Source: a phage
Sequence record: PZ445539.1
Strand: one strand, 5' to 3'
DNA: 37,196 nucleotides
Part shown: positions 18,884 to 26,617 of the stretch, in pieces
Position numbering within the stretch: the first letter of the stretch is position 1
Layout: each line of letters opens with the position of its first letter
Notes under the pieces: model-generated
The model's input: the letters and a program-made list of their open reading frames with translations, nothing else
What the model was told of the DNA's origin: nothing
Database searches by the model: none
Program-made: the position numbers and the translations under genes

Positions 18884-20269
18884 ATGCTTTATAACACCGG
18901 CACCATCGCTATTAACGGAAATACCGCAACCGGCACCGGCACAAACTGGACGGCACCCGCCAGCCAGGTTCGCGCTGGCCAGACGATTATTGTCATGTCT
19001 AACCCGGTTCAGATGTTCCAGATTTCATCCGTGAACAGCGCCACGTCAATGACGGTAACGCCTGCTGCATCACCGGCGCTGAGCGGCCAGAAGTATGGAA
19101 TTCTTGTGTCGGACAATATTTCGGTCGACGGACTGGCGCAGGCCATGTCTCAGCTCATCAAAGAGTATGACGAGAATATCGGTGCATGGGAGACGTTCGC
19201 TACTACCTCAGCGAACCAGATTATCACTGTAACCATCAACGGTACCTCCGTGAATATTCCGGGTATTGGTGGCCTGGCTCGAAAAGGGGCAAACAGCGAT
19301 ATCACGGAGCTGAAAGGGCTCACTACTGCGCTTTCTATTGCGCAGGGCGGGACCGGGGCAACGAACGCTGCAGACGCTCGCTCAGGTCTAGGATTTACAA
19401 ATGGCGTAGTACCAGTATCTCTTGGCGGCACCGGCGCAACGAATGCTGCCGACGCTCGCTCAAACCTCGTTTTGGGAAGTAGTGCTACCAGGGACGCATA
19501 TAGCTCTTCTGGCAAAATGTTGTCAGAAGGAGATTTTGGGTTAGGCGGGGCGGCGTCAACCAACGGAAATGAGCAGGCATGCGGATTTTACAGAGCAGTT
19601 GCTGGTGCCAGCGGAAACCCATTAAGTAATTCAGGCGTCATACTCAACCACCAGGTCTACGGCGCTAATGCATTCACAAGAATTGCCACTTCCTATGAGC
19701 TACCTGTTCCCAGGATTTTTGTATCAACAAAGGTGAACTCTACCTATTACCCATACTATGAATTTTACACTACAGGTAACACTACTAAGGCCAGCGATGG
19801 GACACTTAAGGCCGCATCACCGGTCGCTCGCATTGTTACATCACAGGAGGAATGTCAGCGCGCGGATATCGACGAACCTGGCTTTATTTGGTGCGGCTGC
19901 GGAACGGCGAACGCCGAGGCCGAAGGAATAACTCTTTCTCGTCTCGAAGCGGGAGTTTACGTGCTGACCGGTTCTGCAGGGCTGGCATCGGAAGGCTGGA
20001 AGTTGCTGCCGCCAATGGACCCAGGTGGAATGGGAGAACTGGGCGTTGTTGAGGCAGAGCAAAACGACAATGGCGAGCTGACAATCCGCCTGTTCAAGAG
20101 CAAATACATGTTGAGCGATGAAGGTGAGATCATCAAAACCAAAGGTGAACTGATGGATGTCCCGGCAAACAGTTGGATCGATGTTCGCCTGGATATGCCA
20201 GAGAGCAGCATTTGGAATCATCGCCAGAAAGAAGCCATGGAACAAGCGGATAATAATTCTGGTTCTTAA
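18884..20269 (+). CDS. side tail fibre protein with tail-fibre repeats
   Basis: 461-aa ORF; tandem GGTGATNAADARS.LG repeats typical of phage tail fibre repeat motif; GAGG ribosome-binding site. Confidence 0.8.
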   Translation: MLYNTGTIAINGNTATGTGTNWTAPASQVRAGQTIIVMSNPVQMFQISSVNSATSMTVTPAASPALSGQKYGILVSDNISVDGLAQAMSQLIKEYDENIGAWETFATTSANQIITVTINGTSVNIPGIGGLARKGANSDITELKGLTTALSIAQGGTGATNAADARSGLGFTNGVVPVSLGGTGATNAADARSNLVLGSSATRDAYSSSGKMLSEGDFGLGGAASTNGNEQACGFYRAVAGASGNPLSNSGVILNHQVYGANAFTRIATSYELPVPRIFVSTKVNSTYYPYYEFYTTGNTTKASDGTLKAASPVARIVTSQEECQRADIDEPGFIWCGCGTANAEAEGITLSRLEAGVYVLTGSAGLASEGWKLLPPMDPGGMGELGVVEAEQNDNGELTIRLFKSKYMLSDEGEIIKTKGELMDVPANSWIDVRLDMPESSIWNHRQKEAMEQADNNSGS

Positions 20270-20278
20270 TTAAACATA

Positions 20279-20308
20279 GGCAGTCACGTAATTAATGACT
20301 GCCTTTTT
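20279..20308 (+). terminator. intrinsic terminator after tail fibre gene
   Basis: GGCAGTCA-cgtaattaa-TGACTGCC hairpin followed by TTTTT. Confidence 0.6.
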
Positions 20309-20309
20309 G

Positions 20310-20576
20310 TCACGCACCAACCTGGCGAACAGTCGGGAACTCAGAAACCAACCACATATCAGATTCTTCAAACATTTCCTCCAGCATACGGTTCAGTTTT
20401 TCCCGATCGCTTTTGCTGGCATCGCTATTCAGGCCGTTTTCCTGCATCGGCTTCACTTTCACCTCGGCATCAGGGAAAATCTGGTGCACTCGCTTCGTCA
20501 GCTCTGCCAGGATAATTTCTCTGGCGCCTGCCAAACCATCAACATTCCGCTTGTCATAAACCAGTTCAACGAACAT
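20310..20576 (-). CDS. DinI-like protein
   Basis: 88-aa acidic protein whose sequence pattern resembles DinI; GGAGG ribosome-binding site; two LexA boxes immediately upstream. Confidence 0.75.
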   Translation of the reverse strand: MFVELVYDKRNVDGLAGAREIILAELTKRVHQIFPDAEVKVKPMQENGLNSDASKSDREKLNRMLEEMFEESDMWLVSEFPTVRQVGA

Positions 20577-20595
20577 ATAAGCCTCCGGAAAACCA

Positions 20596-20635
20596 CTGTG
20601 TTTGTATACAGTATTTTTACTGTAAAAATAAACAG
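20596..20635. promoter_or_regulatory. two tandem LexA (SOS) boxes in the DinI-like promoter
   Basis: CTGT-N8-ACAG at 20596-20611 (aCTGTgtttgtatACAGta) and 20620-20635 (taCTGTaaaaataaACAGta). Confidence 0.7.
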
Positions 20636-20730
20636 TATCAAGGTGAGCGGAGCGCGAAAAGTGGAAGGGTTTTTGTTACCCTTAGTTACAAATAGAAAAA
20701 CCCCGGACCGTAAGATCTGGGGTTCTTTTA

Positions 20731-20757
20731 AAGTGCACGTGCATTTCACGTGCATAT
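20731..20757. promoter_or_regulatory. candidate integrase arm-type binding sites (left arm of attP)
   Basis: Repeated GTGCA(C/T) motif: AAGTGCACGTGCATTTCACGTGCATAT. Confidence 0.35.
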
Positions 20758-20847
20758 TTTTGTCTTTTCTCGGTCTGCGCACTGTCTGGTCAGTGTCCGT
20801 AAGTGGCTGTTTTTATTGCCGCTGTCCGGTTGCAGTCCTATCAAAAG

Positions 20848-20882
20848 TGGTGGAGCTGGCGGGAGTTGAACCCGTGTCCGAA
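20848..20882 (-). mobile_element. ssrA: attP core: 3'-terminal fragment of ssrA (tmRNA) carried by the phage
   Basis: Reverse complement reads GGACACGGGTTCAACTCCCGCCAGCTCCACCA, matching from memory the T-arm/acceptor 3' end of enterobacterial tmRNA; identity stops abruptly upstream; integrase gene adjacent. Confidence 0.7.
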
Positions 20883-20932
20883 TAATGATTAACCTATTGA
20901 ATATTAATGATTTCTGTTTTTTGAAATGCCTC

Positions 20933-20953
20933 AAGTGCATTTTAAGTGCATAT
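20933..20953. promoter_or_regulatory. candidate integrase arm-type binding sites (right arm of attP)
   Basis: AAGTGCATTTTAAGTGCATAT, same motif as at 20731-20757, on the other side of the core. Confidence 0.35.
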
Positions 20954-21006
20954 CGTGGTCCCTCTAACGTCCTGATTCCGTCCAACATTTTGAAATATTC
21001 ACCACG

Positions 21007-22254
21007 CTACTGAACTGCAGAAATGGCGGTTTTTCCGTCGTATTCAGCCAGATATCTACCGTAATTGCGGAACAGCATTTCCGGCCCTTTATGCCCCATC
21101 TGCCCGGCAAGCCAGAAAAGGTTTACGCCTTGGCTAATGTGTCTGGTGGCGAATGTGTGGCGGGTCTGGTACGGGTTACGGTATCGAACGCCAGCTTTTC
21201 TGAGTGTTGGCACCCATGCTTTTTTTCGTATTGCGTCGGCGTTCGCCCAAGGCTCACCCGTTTTAGGATCGCTGAAAATAAACTCACTTTTCATGAACGT
21301 GAATTGTTTCTGCGCCTGCAGCGCGGCCAGCGCCTCGCTGTTTAATTCTACTTTACGGGTACCGGCTTTTGTTTTGGTACCTTTAAGAACGCCAACCACA
21401 CTCGCCGCCTGAACGTGAGCTGTTTTAGCGATATTGTCGAGGTCGGGCCAGCGTAACGCACACAGCTCAGAGCTGCGTAAACCTGTATTGAATGCGAAAC
21501 GGAACAGGTTTTCCCATTCCTGATATCTGCAGCTCTGGTAAATAGCGCTGATTTCCGCTGGTGTGAACGGATCAACTTCGTAATCGTCAATATTCGGGCT
21601 GCTGTCGATCACGTGGTACCGACTCGCGCTGACAAGGGTTACCGGGTTGATTGTCAGCAGGCCGTCAGTCACCGCTTCATCTATGGCGCTGCGCAGAAAC
21701 GAGAGGTTATTCCTGATCGTTTTCAGCTTTGTTTTTCTGCTGGCGATCCAGTTTTTGAGGACCGCAGGGGTCAGTTCCGACACATGCATTTTGTGCAGCG
21801 CAGATAGCGCAGACAGGCACTTTTCATAACCGCCAATAGTGGAGGGCGAAAGGTTGCGGTTCTGGCAGATTTTCAGATACTCGTCCAGGTAGGACTTAAT
21901 ATTTTTGGTTTTCTTCACTACCCCGAACAGCTCCAGTTTTTTGGAGGTGGGGAAGTATTTCGCATAATCGAATGTGCCGCCGGCGATCTGGTTCTGTATC
22001 TCCCCCAGCAGGCGCTCGGCATACTTCACGCCGCGCGCGTTTGCTTCCATTCTGGAAAGGGGCTCCCGGCAGAGAACCCCTTTGTAGGTGAATGTGATCA
22101 CCAGGGTATCGCCAGTTTTATGCTGGCGAATGGTTACTCCTCTTGGGAGAGATAATGATCCTTGTTCTTTCTTGCCCACTTTGAAACCTCCGTTAAGTCT
22201 ATCCAGCGTTCTTTGACGCCATCGACTTTTAATACATGAACACCCTCTTTCCAT
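21007..22254 (-). CDS. int: tyrosine integrase (start codon uncertain, probably downstream of 22254)
   Basis: C-terminal catalytic region with conserved R..H..R..Y pattern (HTFATRHISQG...RNYGRY); adjacent to attP. Confidence 0.9.
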   Translation of the reverse strand: MERGCSCIKSRWRQRTLDRLNGGFKVGKKEQGSLSLPRGVTIRQHKTGDTLVITFTYKGVLCREPLSRMEANARGVKYAERLLGEIQNQIAGGTFDYAKYFPTSKKLELFGVVKKTKNIKSYLDEYLKICQNRNLSPSTIGGYEKCLSALSALHKMHVSELTPAVLKNWIASRKTKLKTIRNNLSFLRSAIDEAVTDGLLTINPVTLVSASRYHVIDSSPNIDDYEVDPFTPAEISAIYQSCRYQEWENLFRFAFNTGLRSSELCALRWPDLDNIAKTAHVQAASVVGVLKGTKTKAGTRKVELNSEALAALQAQKQFTFMKSEFIFSDPKTGEPWANADAIRKKAWVPTLRKAGVRYRNPYQTRHTFATRHISQGVNLFWLAGQMGHKGPEMLFRNYGRYLAEYDGKTAISAVQ

Positions 22255-22340
22255 AACCCCCTTTGTATCCGTTTGTTAACAGCTTCAACCGTTTCTCCGG
22301 CGTCCCGGCAGTAGGTTGAAAGTGGTACGCAATCAAGACT
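22134..22340 (-). CDS. xis: excisionase-like protein
   Basis: About 69 aa from the internal Met (MSLDCVPL...); basic small protein directly upstream of and overlapping int. Confidence 0.55.
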   Translation of the reverse strand, partial: SLDCVPLSTYCRDAGETVEAVNKRIQRGLWKEGVHVLKVDGVKERWIDLTEVSKWARKNKDHYLSQEE

Positions 22341-22644
22341 CATGACCGACCTCCCGCCCAAATGCCTGGGCATTTTCCAGTTCATTTGCCGCATAGATAA
22401 GTGCGTTGTGGTGCGCTCTAAAACCGCCATCAAGTTCGCTGGCCGCTCTCTTGCGCAGAATGTCGATCGCAGCCTGATCGTCGCTCTGGTAATCGGCGGA
22501 CTTTTCCGCCGAACTGGATGATAGTTCACCCAGCACCATCAACATATTCTCCGGATCGATGGGGATGGTGGTGAGCCCCAGCTGCTTGGCCTCCGTTGCT
22601 AGACGGGTCCAACGCTTAATAACTTCTAAAACAGGCTTATTCAT
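22333..22644 (-). CDS. hypothetical protein
   Basis: 103-aa acidic ORF in the leftward early operon. Confidence 0.45.
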   Translation of the reverse strand: MNKPVLEVIKRWTRLATEAKQLGLTTIPIDPENMLMVLGELSSSSAEKSADYQSDDQAAIDILRKRAASELDGGFRAHHNALIYAANELENAQAFGREVGHES

Positions 22645-22655
22645 GGAGCCCCTCG

Positions 22656-22751
22656 CTACCTCACCAAAAATTTATATTCAATCAGCGCGCCGATAACGGT
22701 GGCCGCCAGCAGCAAGGAAACAATGATGCTGAAAATGAAGAGCTTCATCAT
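22656..22751 (-). CDS. small hydrophobic peptide (31 aa), possible membrane peptide
   Basis: MMKLFIFSIIVSLLLAATVIGALIEYKFLVR; ATGA overlap with upstream gene stop; below the ORF-track length cutoff. Confidence 0.3.
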   Translation of the reverse strand: MMKLFIFSIIVSLLLAATVIGALIEYKFLVR

Positions 22752-23161
22752 TTCATCCCGTCAGGTTTGCAGGACTGCAGAGCCTCAACATCTTTCACGT
22801 AGCGGTCGTGCATCGCGTCCCACTTCTCACACCATTTCTCCATTTCTCGCTTGCGCGCCAGGATGCGACGCAGACGGCGAACACAACGCTGGTGGGCGGC
22901 CAGATACTCAGCCTTTGTCTCCCCGTCTCGCCATACCTCCCTGTCATCGCGATCAATACGCACCTGCGGGTGACGCTGCGGAAAACCTGAACGCTCAAAA
23001 GCCTCGGTGGTCATGAAGAAAGCCAGATAGCGGATCGCCGTATCTCGCGTGAAGCATTTTTTGATACGACCGTGACGTACTGCCACGAACAGTGGGCCAA
23101 CTGGCGTATCGTGTTTCTGTAATGCCAGGTCAATCATGCTTACGGTGCGTTTATCGTTCAT
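22748..23161 (-). CDS. hypothetical protein
   Basis: 137-aa ORF, translationally coupled to neighbours. Confidence 0.5.
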   Translation of the reverse strand: MNDKRTVSMIDLALQKHDTPVGPLFVAVRHGRIKKCFTRDTAIRYLAFFMTTEAFERSGFPQRHPQVRIDRDDREVWRDGETKAEYLAAHQRCVRRLRRILARKREMEKWCEKWDAMHDRYVKDVEALQSCKPDGMK

Positions 23162-23379
23162 TTCCGGTCCTTAACTTTGCTGTATCGTTCGTGACTCATT
23201 ACTTCCCAGTTCTTTCCGCCATCGCGGGAAAGTAGCCGCCAGCGGTGATTAACCTTGAGGCTCAAATTACCGGAGCCGTGCATACGGCAGGGGTGAATGC
23301 GCCTTGCTCTGAACTGGCTTAAAACGTGTGCTGCTTTGAGGTGAACCCACTCAGGAATTCGTATCGCTGTCAGTGCCAC
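23158..23379 (-). CDS. hypothetical protein
   Basis: 73-aa basic ORF. Confidence 0.4.
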   Translation of the reverse strand: MALTAIRIPEWVHLKAAHVLSQFRARRIHPCRMHGSGNLSLKVNHRWRLLSRDGGKNWEVMSHERYSKVKDRK

Positions 23380-23605
23380 CAGCTACCTCCTCAAATCTGA
23401 GCTCCATTTCGCGCGCCATTTCGATAAACGTGGCCAGTGAGCAAATATGCTCGTCGTCGAACAGCTGGCGGTCACATATCACCCTCCCGTTCTCGATGTG
23501 CAGGACTACCCGCCCGGTAAAATCAGGGAGGACATGCAGATCCACGTTCAACACGGGGCTGGGGATCAGCACACCCTGATAGAGCATTGTTTGTTGGTTA
23601 GCCAT
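23351..23605 (-). CDS. hypothetical protein
   Basis: Start placed at internal ATG 23605, which has a GGAG ribosome-binding site and gives an 8-nt overlap with the upstream gene. Confidence 0.45.
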   Translation of the reverse strand: MANQQTMLYQGVLIPSPVLNVDLHVLPDFTGRVVLHIENGRVICDRQLFDDEHICSLATFIEMAREMELRFEEVAGGTDSDTNS

Positions 23606-23963
23606 TGCCGATCTCCGCATTAACTGGTTTCTGCTTTTTGATGAACTCAACCAGCTCAGAAATGAGCTCGTCGATTAATTCCTTCCCGCTATCCGTAAGG
23701 AATTCACCGCTGCCATTAACATCAACAGCGCTGCTGTAAATTCCCTTAATAGCTTTTACACCTTCGACATTCCCGTACTCACTGATCGCAAGCCTTTCGA
23801 ATTTTCGTAATAATGCATCGAGAAGAATCTCTGTTAACTCGACCGTGTTAATACCGCCTTTATCGAACTTAATAACAAGGCAGTTACTGCCAGTTTTACG
23901 CTGGTGGCGTAATAACGCTGCCTTTAAAATTCGGCGGCGATATGTCTCGATTAATTTATCCAT
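23598..23963 (-). CDS. hypothetical protein
   Basis: 121-aa ORF. Confidence 0.5.
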   Translation of the reverse strand: MDKLIETYRRRILKAALLRHQRKTGSNCLVIKFDKGGINTVELTEILLDALLRKFERLAISEYGNVEGVKAIKGIYSSAVDVNGSGEFLTDSGKELIDELISELVEFIKKQKPVNAEIGNG

Positions 23964-24249
23964 TGCGCCGTTCCTCCTCCAAACTCATAACTATTTCCTC
24001 TTCTTTTTCGGTCCATCCATGAATCTCTGCGGCGAGGTCATAAACCAGAGCGCATATCGTTTTTAGTTGGAAGTGGTCCAGCTTTTCGTGATATTCAAAT
24101 AATGTTTGCGATAGACCTGCCAGTTGCTCAGCTTTGATATTCACACCCTGAATATCCTGTCTTTTCAATACGCTCATAATTACCGCCCATATGCTTTTTT
24201 CAGGTAAAGGCGAGCGATTACCTCGTAACCACAAGCCGCATAAAGGCAC
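23956..24249 (-). CDS. hypothetical protein (start uncertain)
   Basis: 97-aa ORF; alternative start at 24177. Confidence 0.4.
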   Translation of the reverse strand: MPLCGLWLRGNRSPLPEKSIWAVIMSVLKRQDIQGVNIKAEQLAGLSQTLFEYHEKLDHFQLKTICALVYDLAAEIHGWTEKEEEIVMSLEEERRNG

Positions 24250-24283
24250 GCTGTTCTGTATGCCGTTTTATCAATGATGAAAG

Positions 24284-24676
24284 TCATACGAAGCGCCTCA
24301 CCGCCAAAGAAGCGACTACCCGACCGTGAATTTTGATATCTTTCAATTCATCAGTGTTGAGGGTGAATGTTTCGTAATGATGGTTGTCAGAAATAATTTT
24401 CAACGAACCACAAATTAATGGCTCTATTCTCTTAATGAACAGGCATGGGCGGCCGAAAACCTCCATCGTATAAACGTAAATGCCAGGAGTGAGCGCACGG
24501 CCACCGCAATCAACGAACGCCACAACCTCACATGGTTCGATGGTCGGTTGCATTGAATCACCTTCCATCCGGCAGCTCTGAACGCGGTTACCAAAGTCGT
24601 TAATATTGTCTGAACCGAACAGCATTCGAGGAGTTTTTATTGGCTGATTAATCGCGATAGCATTTTGCATTTTCAT
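24284..24676 (-). CDS. stand-alone S24-family peptidase-like protein (LexA/UmuD C-terminal domain type)
   Basis: GDSMQPTI serine motif and downstream FIKRI lysine in correct order; 130 aa with no HTH; GAGGAA ribosome-binding site. Confidence 0.6.
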   Translation of the reverse strand: MKMQNAIAINQPIKTPRMLFGSDNINDFGNRVQSCRMEGDSMQPTIEPCEVVAFVDCGGRALTPGIYVYTMEVFGRPCLFIKRIEPLICGSLKIISDNHHYETFTLNTDELKDIKIHGRVVASLAVRRFV

Positions 24677-24736
24677 TTCCTCAGGGTGAGTTTGGCCCCA
24701 CCAAGAAAGGTGTTAATTAAACAATGTTAATTAATT

Positions 24737-25168
24737 TTAAATCTTGTCTGCTTGCTTACAGATGGTTTCTTGCAAGTCATCTAATTTTTCATAAACGATA
24801 GTTAGAGTACCGATAGCCGACAATTCAGGAGGCATACAATCCATAGCGTTGGATAAAGCCATTCTGCAATTGCCAATATCCGCAGACCATGAATTAAGTT
24901 GATTGGAAGTTATAATGCTTGTTGGCTCTGTAAATTCACCACACTGCTCGTTTCCTGAAATGAGCCACAGAACATCAGAATGAAGAATGTTAGCCAATTG
25001 GATTAACTGGTCAGCAAACGGAACAGTTTTCTCCGTTTCCCAGTTGTTAATGGTTTCGGTTGTTAAACCAAGATGATCAGCCAAAAAATCCTGAGACAGT
25101 CGAAGCGAAGATCTTTGATTTAATATTCTTTTGCCGATGGTTTTGGCTACGGTGATTTGAGTATTCAT
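24737..25168 (-). CDS. XRE-family helix-turn-helix transcriptional regulator
   Basis: N-terminal HTH pattern (LRLSQDFLADHLGLTTETINNWE); first gene after the OL-like palindrome; GGAG ribosome-binding site. Confidence 0.7.
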   Translation of the reverse strand: MNTQITVAKTIGKRILNQRSSLRLSQDFLADHLGLTTETINNWETEKTVPFADQLIQLANILHSDVLWLISGNEQCGEFTEPTSIITSNQLNSWSADIGNCRMALSNAMDCMPPELSAIGTLTIVYEKLDDLQETICKQADKI

Positions 25169-25210
25169 TTCATTGGCTCCGTTGTTTGCCGATGAATGAA
25201 CTTTAAGTCA

Positions 25211-25227
25211 TGCAATAACTTATTGCA
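25211..25227. promoter_or_regulatory. OL-like operator: perfect 8-1-8 palindrome
   Basis: TGCAATAAcTTATTGCA; half-site TTATTGCA recurs in the cI-cro intergenic region. Confidence 0.5.
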
Positions 25228-25320
25228 ATAACAAAACTTATTTTTCTTTTACGATTTAGTTTAATGCATTGATTTTTTTGATTAAATTTTGTTATTAAAT
25301 AGCATAGCTTACAGCTATAG

Positions 25321-25350
25321 ACAAAGAAAAAGCCGCTTAAAAGCGGCTTC
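25321..25350 (-). terminator. intrinsic terminator downstream of repressor gene
   Basis: GCCGC-ttaaaa-GCGGC hairpin followed on the minus strand by TTTTTCTTTGT. Confidence 0.6.
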
Positions 25351-25370
25351 AAAAGGTGGGGTGTTGAAGG

Positions 25371-26069
25371 TTAGAGCCTATTGTAATTGATTGATTCATG
25401 CATTATGGCTTTACCCATCACGTAAAGGTCATCTTGGTTTTCTTCCGTGATATACCATTTCTCATATGCCGGATTATCCGATAAGACTGCTAGCCTGTTT
25501 CCCTGCATCTGGAGACGTTTTAGGTGAAATGTTTTACCAAAAACAAACACATACACACCATCCGTTAGAAAGTGTCGGACGGAAATGTCTACGAAGACAC
25601 GATCACCGGAATTAAATGTGCTGGCCATGCTGTCGCCATTGACGGTCATTACTTTTACGACATCTTCACTACGATTCCCGAAAAGGGATTTTGCATGTTG
25701 AGTCGTAAACTCAATAGCGTGTAAAACCTCCACATATTCTGAAAGCATGAACGTGCCAGGCCCTGCACTCACTGCAAGGTCAAGAACCTCGACCCTGAAT
25801 ATGCCAGCGTTATCCTTTACCTCCCTTTCGGGCATGGTCTCTATCACATAGCCCTGTCTATGAGGCACATGATTTTTTCCAGTTGATAGCCATTCAGGGC
25901 TCACACCCAGCGCATTAGCAATCTCAACCAACTTACGTGTTGTGTTGGTTTTGCCTGCAACAAGACGCCAGATAGCTGGTTGCGAAACCCCAACTTTCAT
26001 CGCTAATTCTGCCTGCGTAAGGCCTGCGTCAACCATCGCTTTTTGAAGACGATCTGAGAATGTGTTCAT
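25371..26069 (-). CDS. cI: CI-like repressor (HTH plus S24 autopeptidase domain)
   Basis: Start placed at internal Met (MNTFSDRL...) to clear the operator region; N-terminal HTH; C-terminal S24 domain with GDSM serine and later KRLQ lysine; divergent from cro. Confidence 0.85.
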   Translation of the reverse strand: MNTFSDRLQKAMVDAGLTQAELAMKVGVSQPAIWRLVAGKTNTTRKLVEIANALGVSPEWLSTGKNHVPHRQGYVIETMPEREVKDNAGIFRVEVLDLAVSAGPGTFMLSEYVEVLHAIEFTTQHAKSLFGNRSEDVVKVMTVNGDSMASTFNSGDRVFVDISVRHFLTDGVYVFVFGKTFHLKRLQMQGNRLAVLSDNPAYEKWYITEENQDDLYVMGKAIMHESINYNRL

Positions 26070-26083
26070 ACCAATAAGCCTAT

Positions 26084-26170
26084 ACAAAAAGTTATTAAGT
26101 GGCAAATACGATAAGTTATTGCATAAAGTTATTCAAGGCTATACTCTTTCCCTATGTTCAATAACTTTTG
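26084..26170. promoter_or_regulatory. OR-like operator/promoter region between cI and cro
   Basis: Four copies of core AAGTTATT/AATAACTT (26089, 26113, 26126, inverted at 26160), one forming ..AAGTTATTGCA matching the OL palindrome half-site. Confidence 0.5.
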
Positions 26171-26178
26171 GTATTTTT

Positions 26179-26406
26179 ATGATCAATCAACATGTCAAGA
26201 GAGCTATCGATATTCTCGGCGGCCAAGCTGCATTAGCAAGAGCGTGCGGGGTTACTCAACCGGCTGTATTTCGCTGGCTTAATGGTAGCCGGGTTAAGGC
26301 TGATCATGTCATGTCCATTGTTAAAGCTACTGGTGGCGAAGTTAAAGCCTACCAGATCCGCCCAGACCTTCCAGATACATTCCCGCACCCGGGTAATGGG
26401 GTGTGA
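26179..26406 (+). CDS. cro: Cro-like HTH regulator
   Basis: About 75 aa from the internal ATG; HTH pattern (GGQAALARACGVTQPAVFRWLNG); divergent from cI. Confidence 0.7.
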   Translation: MINQHVKRAIDILGGQAALARACGVTQPAVFRWLNGSRVKADHVMSIVKATGGEVKAYQIRPDLPDTFPHPGNGV

Positions 26407-26407
26407 C

Positions 26408-26617
26408 ATGTCACATCCAATCACTACCGAAAACCAAGTTAAGCCCTTGGATATCGATTATCGCGATCCGCGCGGTGTGATTGTGCATGTCACCGGCTGG
26501 AATCGTGATAAGCAGCAGGTGTACTTCACCAGGCAGAATTACCCGCATGAATGCATGCAGCCTGTTTGGAAGTTCCAACAATATTTTACGAAGGTCTCGG
26601 AGGCGCAAAATGCGTGA
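26408..26617 (+). CDS. hypothetical protein (occupies cII-like position)
   Basis: 69 aa from ATG 26408; no recognisable motif. Confidence 0.35.
   Translation: MSHPITTENQVKPLDIDYRDPRGVIVHVTGWNRDKQQVYFTRQNYPHECMQPVWKFQQYFTKVSEAQNA

Noticed and set aside
19320-19480. Tandem DNA repeats of about 48 bp in the tail fibre gene, considered as possible CRISPR or iterons
   Set aside because: They are in-frame coding repeats giving the GGTGATNAADARS.LG fibre motif; no spacer/repeat periodicity and no leader
20848-20882. Possible complete tRNA or tmRNA gene
   Set aside because: Only the 3' T-arm/acceptor portion is present and similarity ends abruptly upstream; interpreted as an attP core fragment, not a functional RNA gene
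25371-26105. Full-length 244-aa version of the repressor ORF
   Set aside because: The first 12 codons would overlap the operator repeats; start moved to internal Met at 26069, though the longer form cannot be excluded without data
26062-26406. 114-aa ORF-track version of the cro-region ORF and the 111-aa and 383-aa N-terminally extended ORFs at 26282 and 26481
   Set aside because: The extended N-termini run through operator/promoter DNA or the upstream gene; internal ATGs at 26179, 26408 and 26610 give compact coupled genes with better ribosome-binding sites
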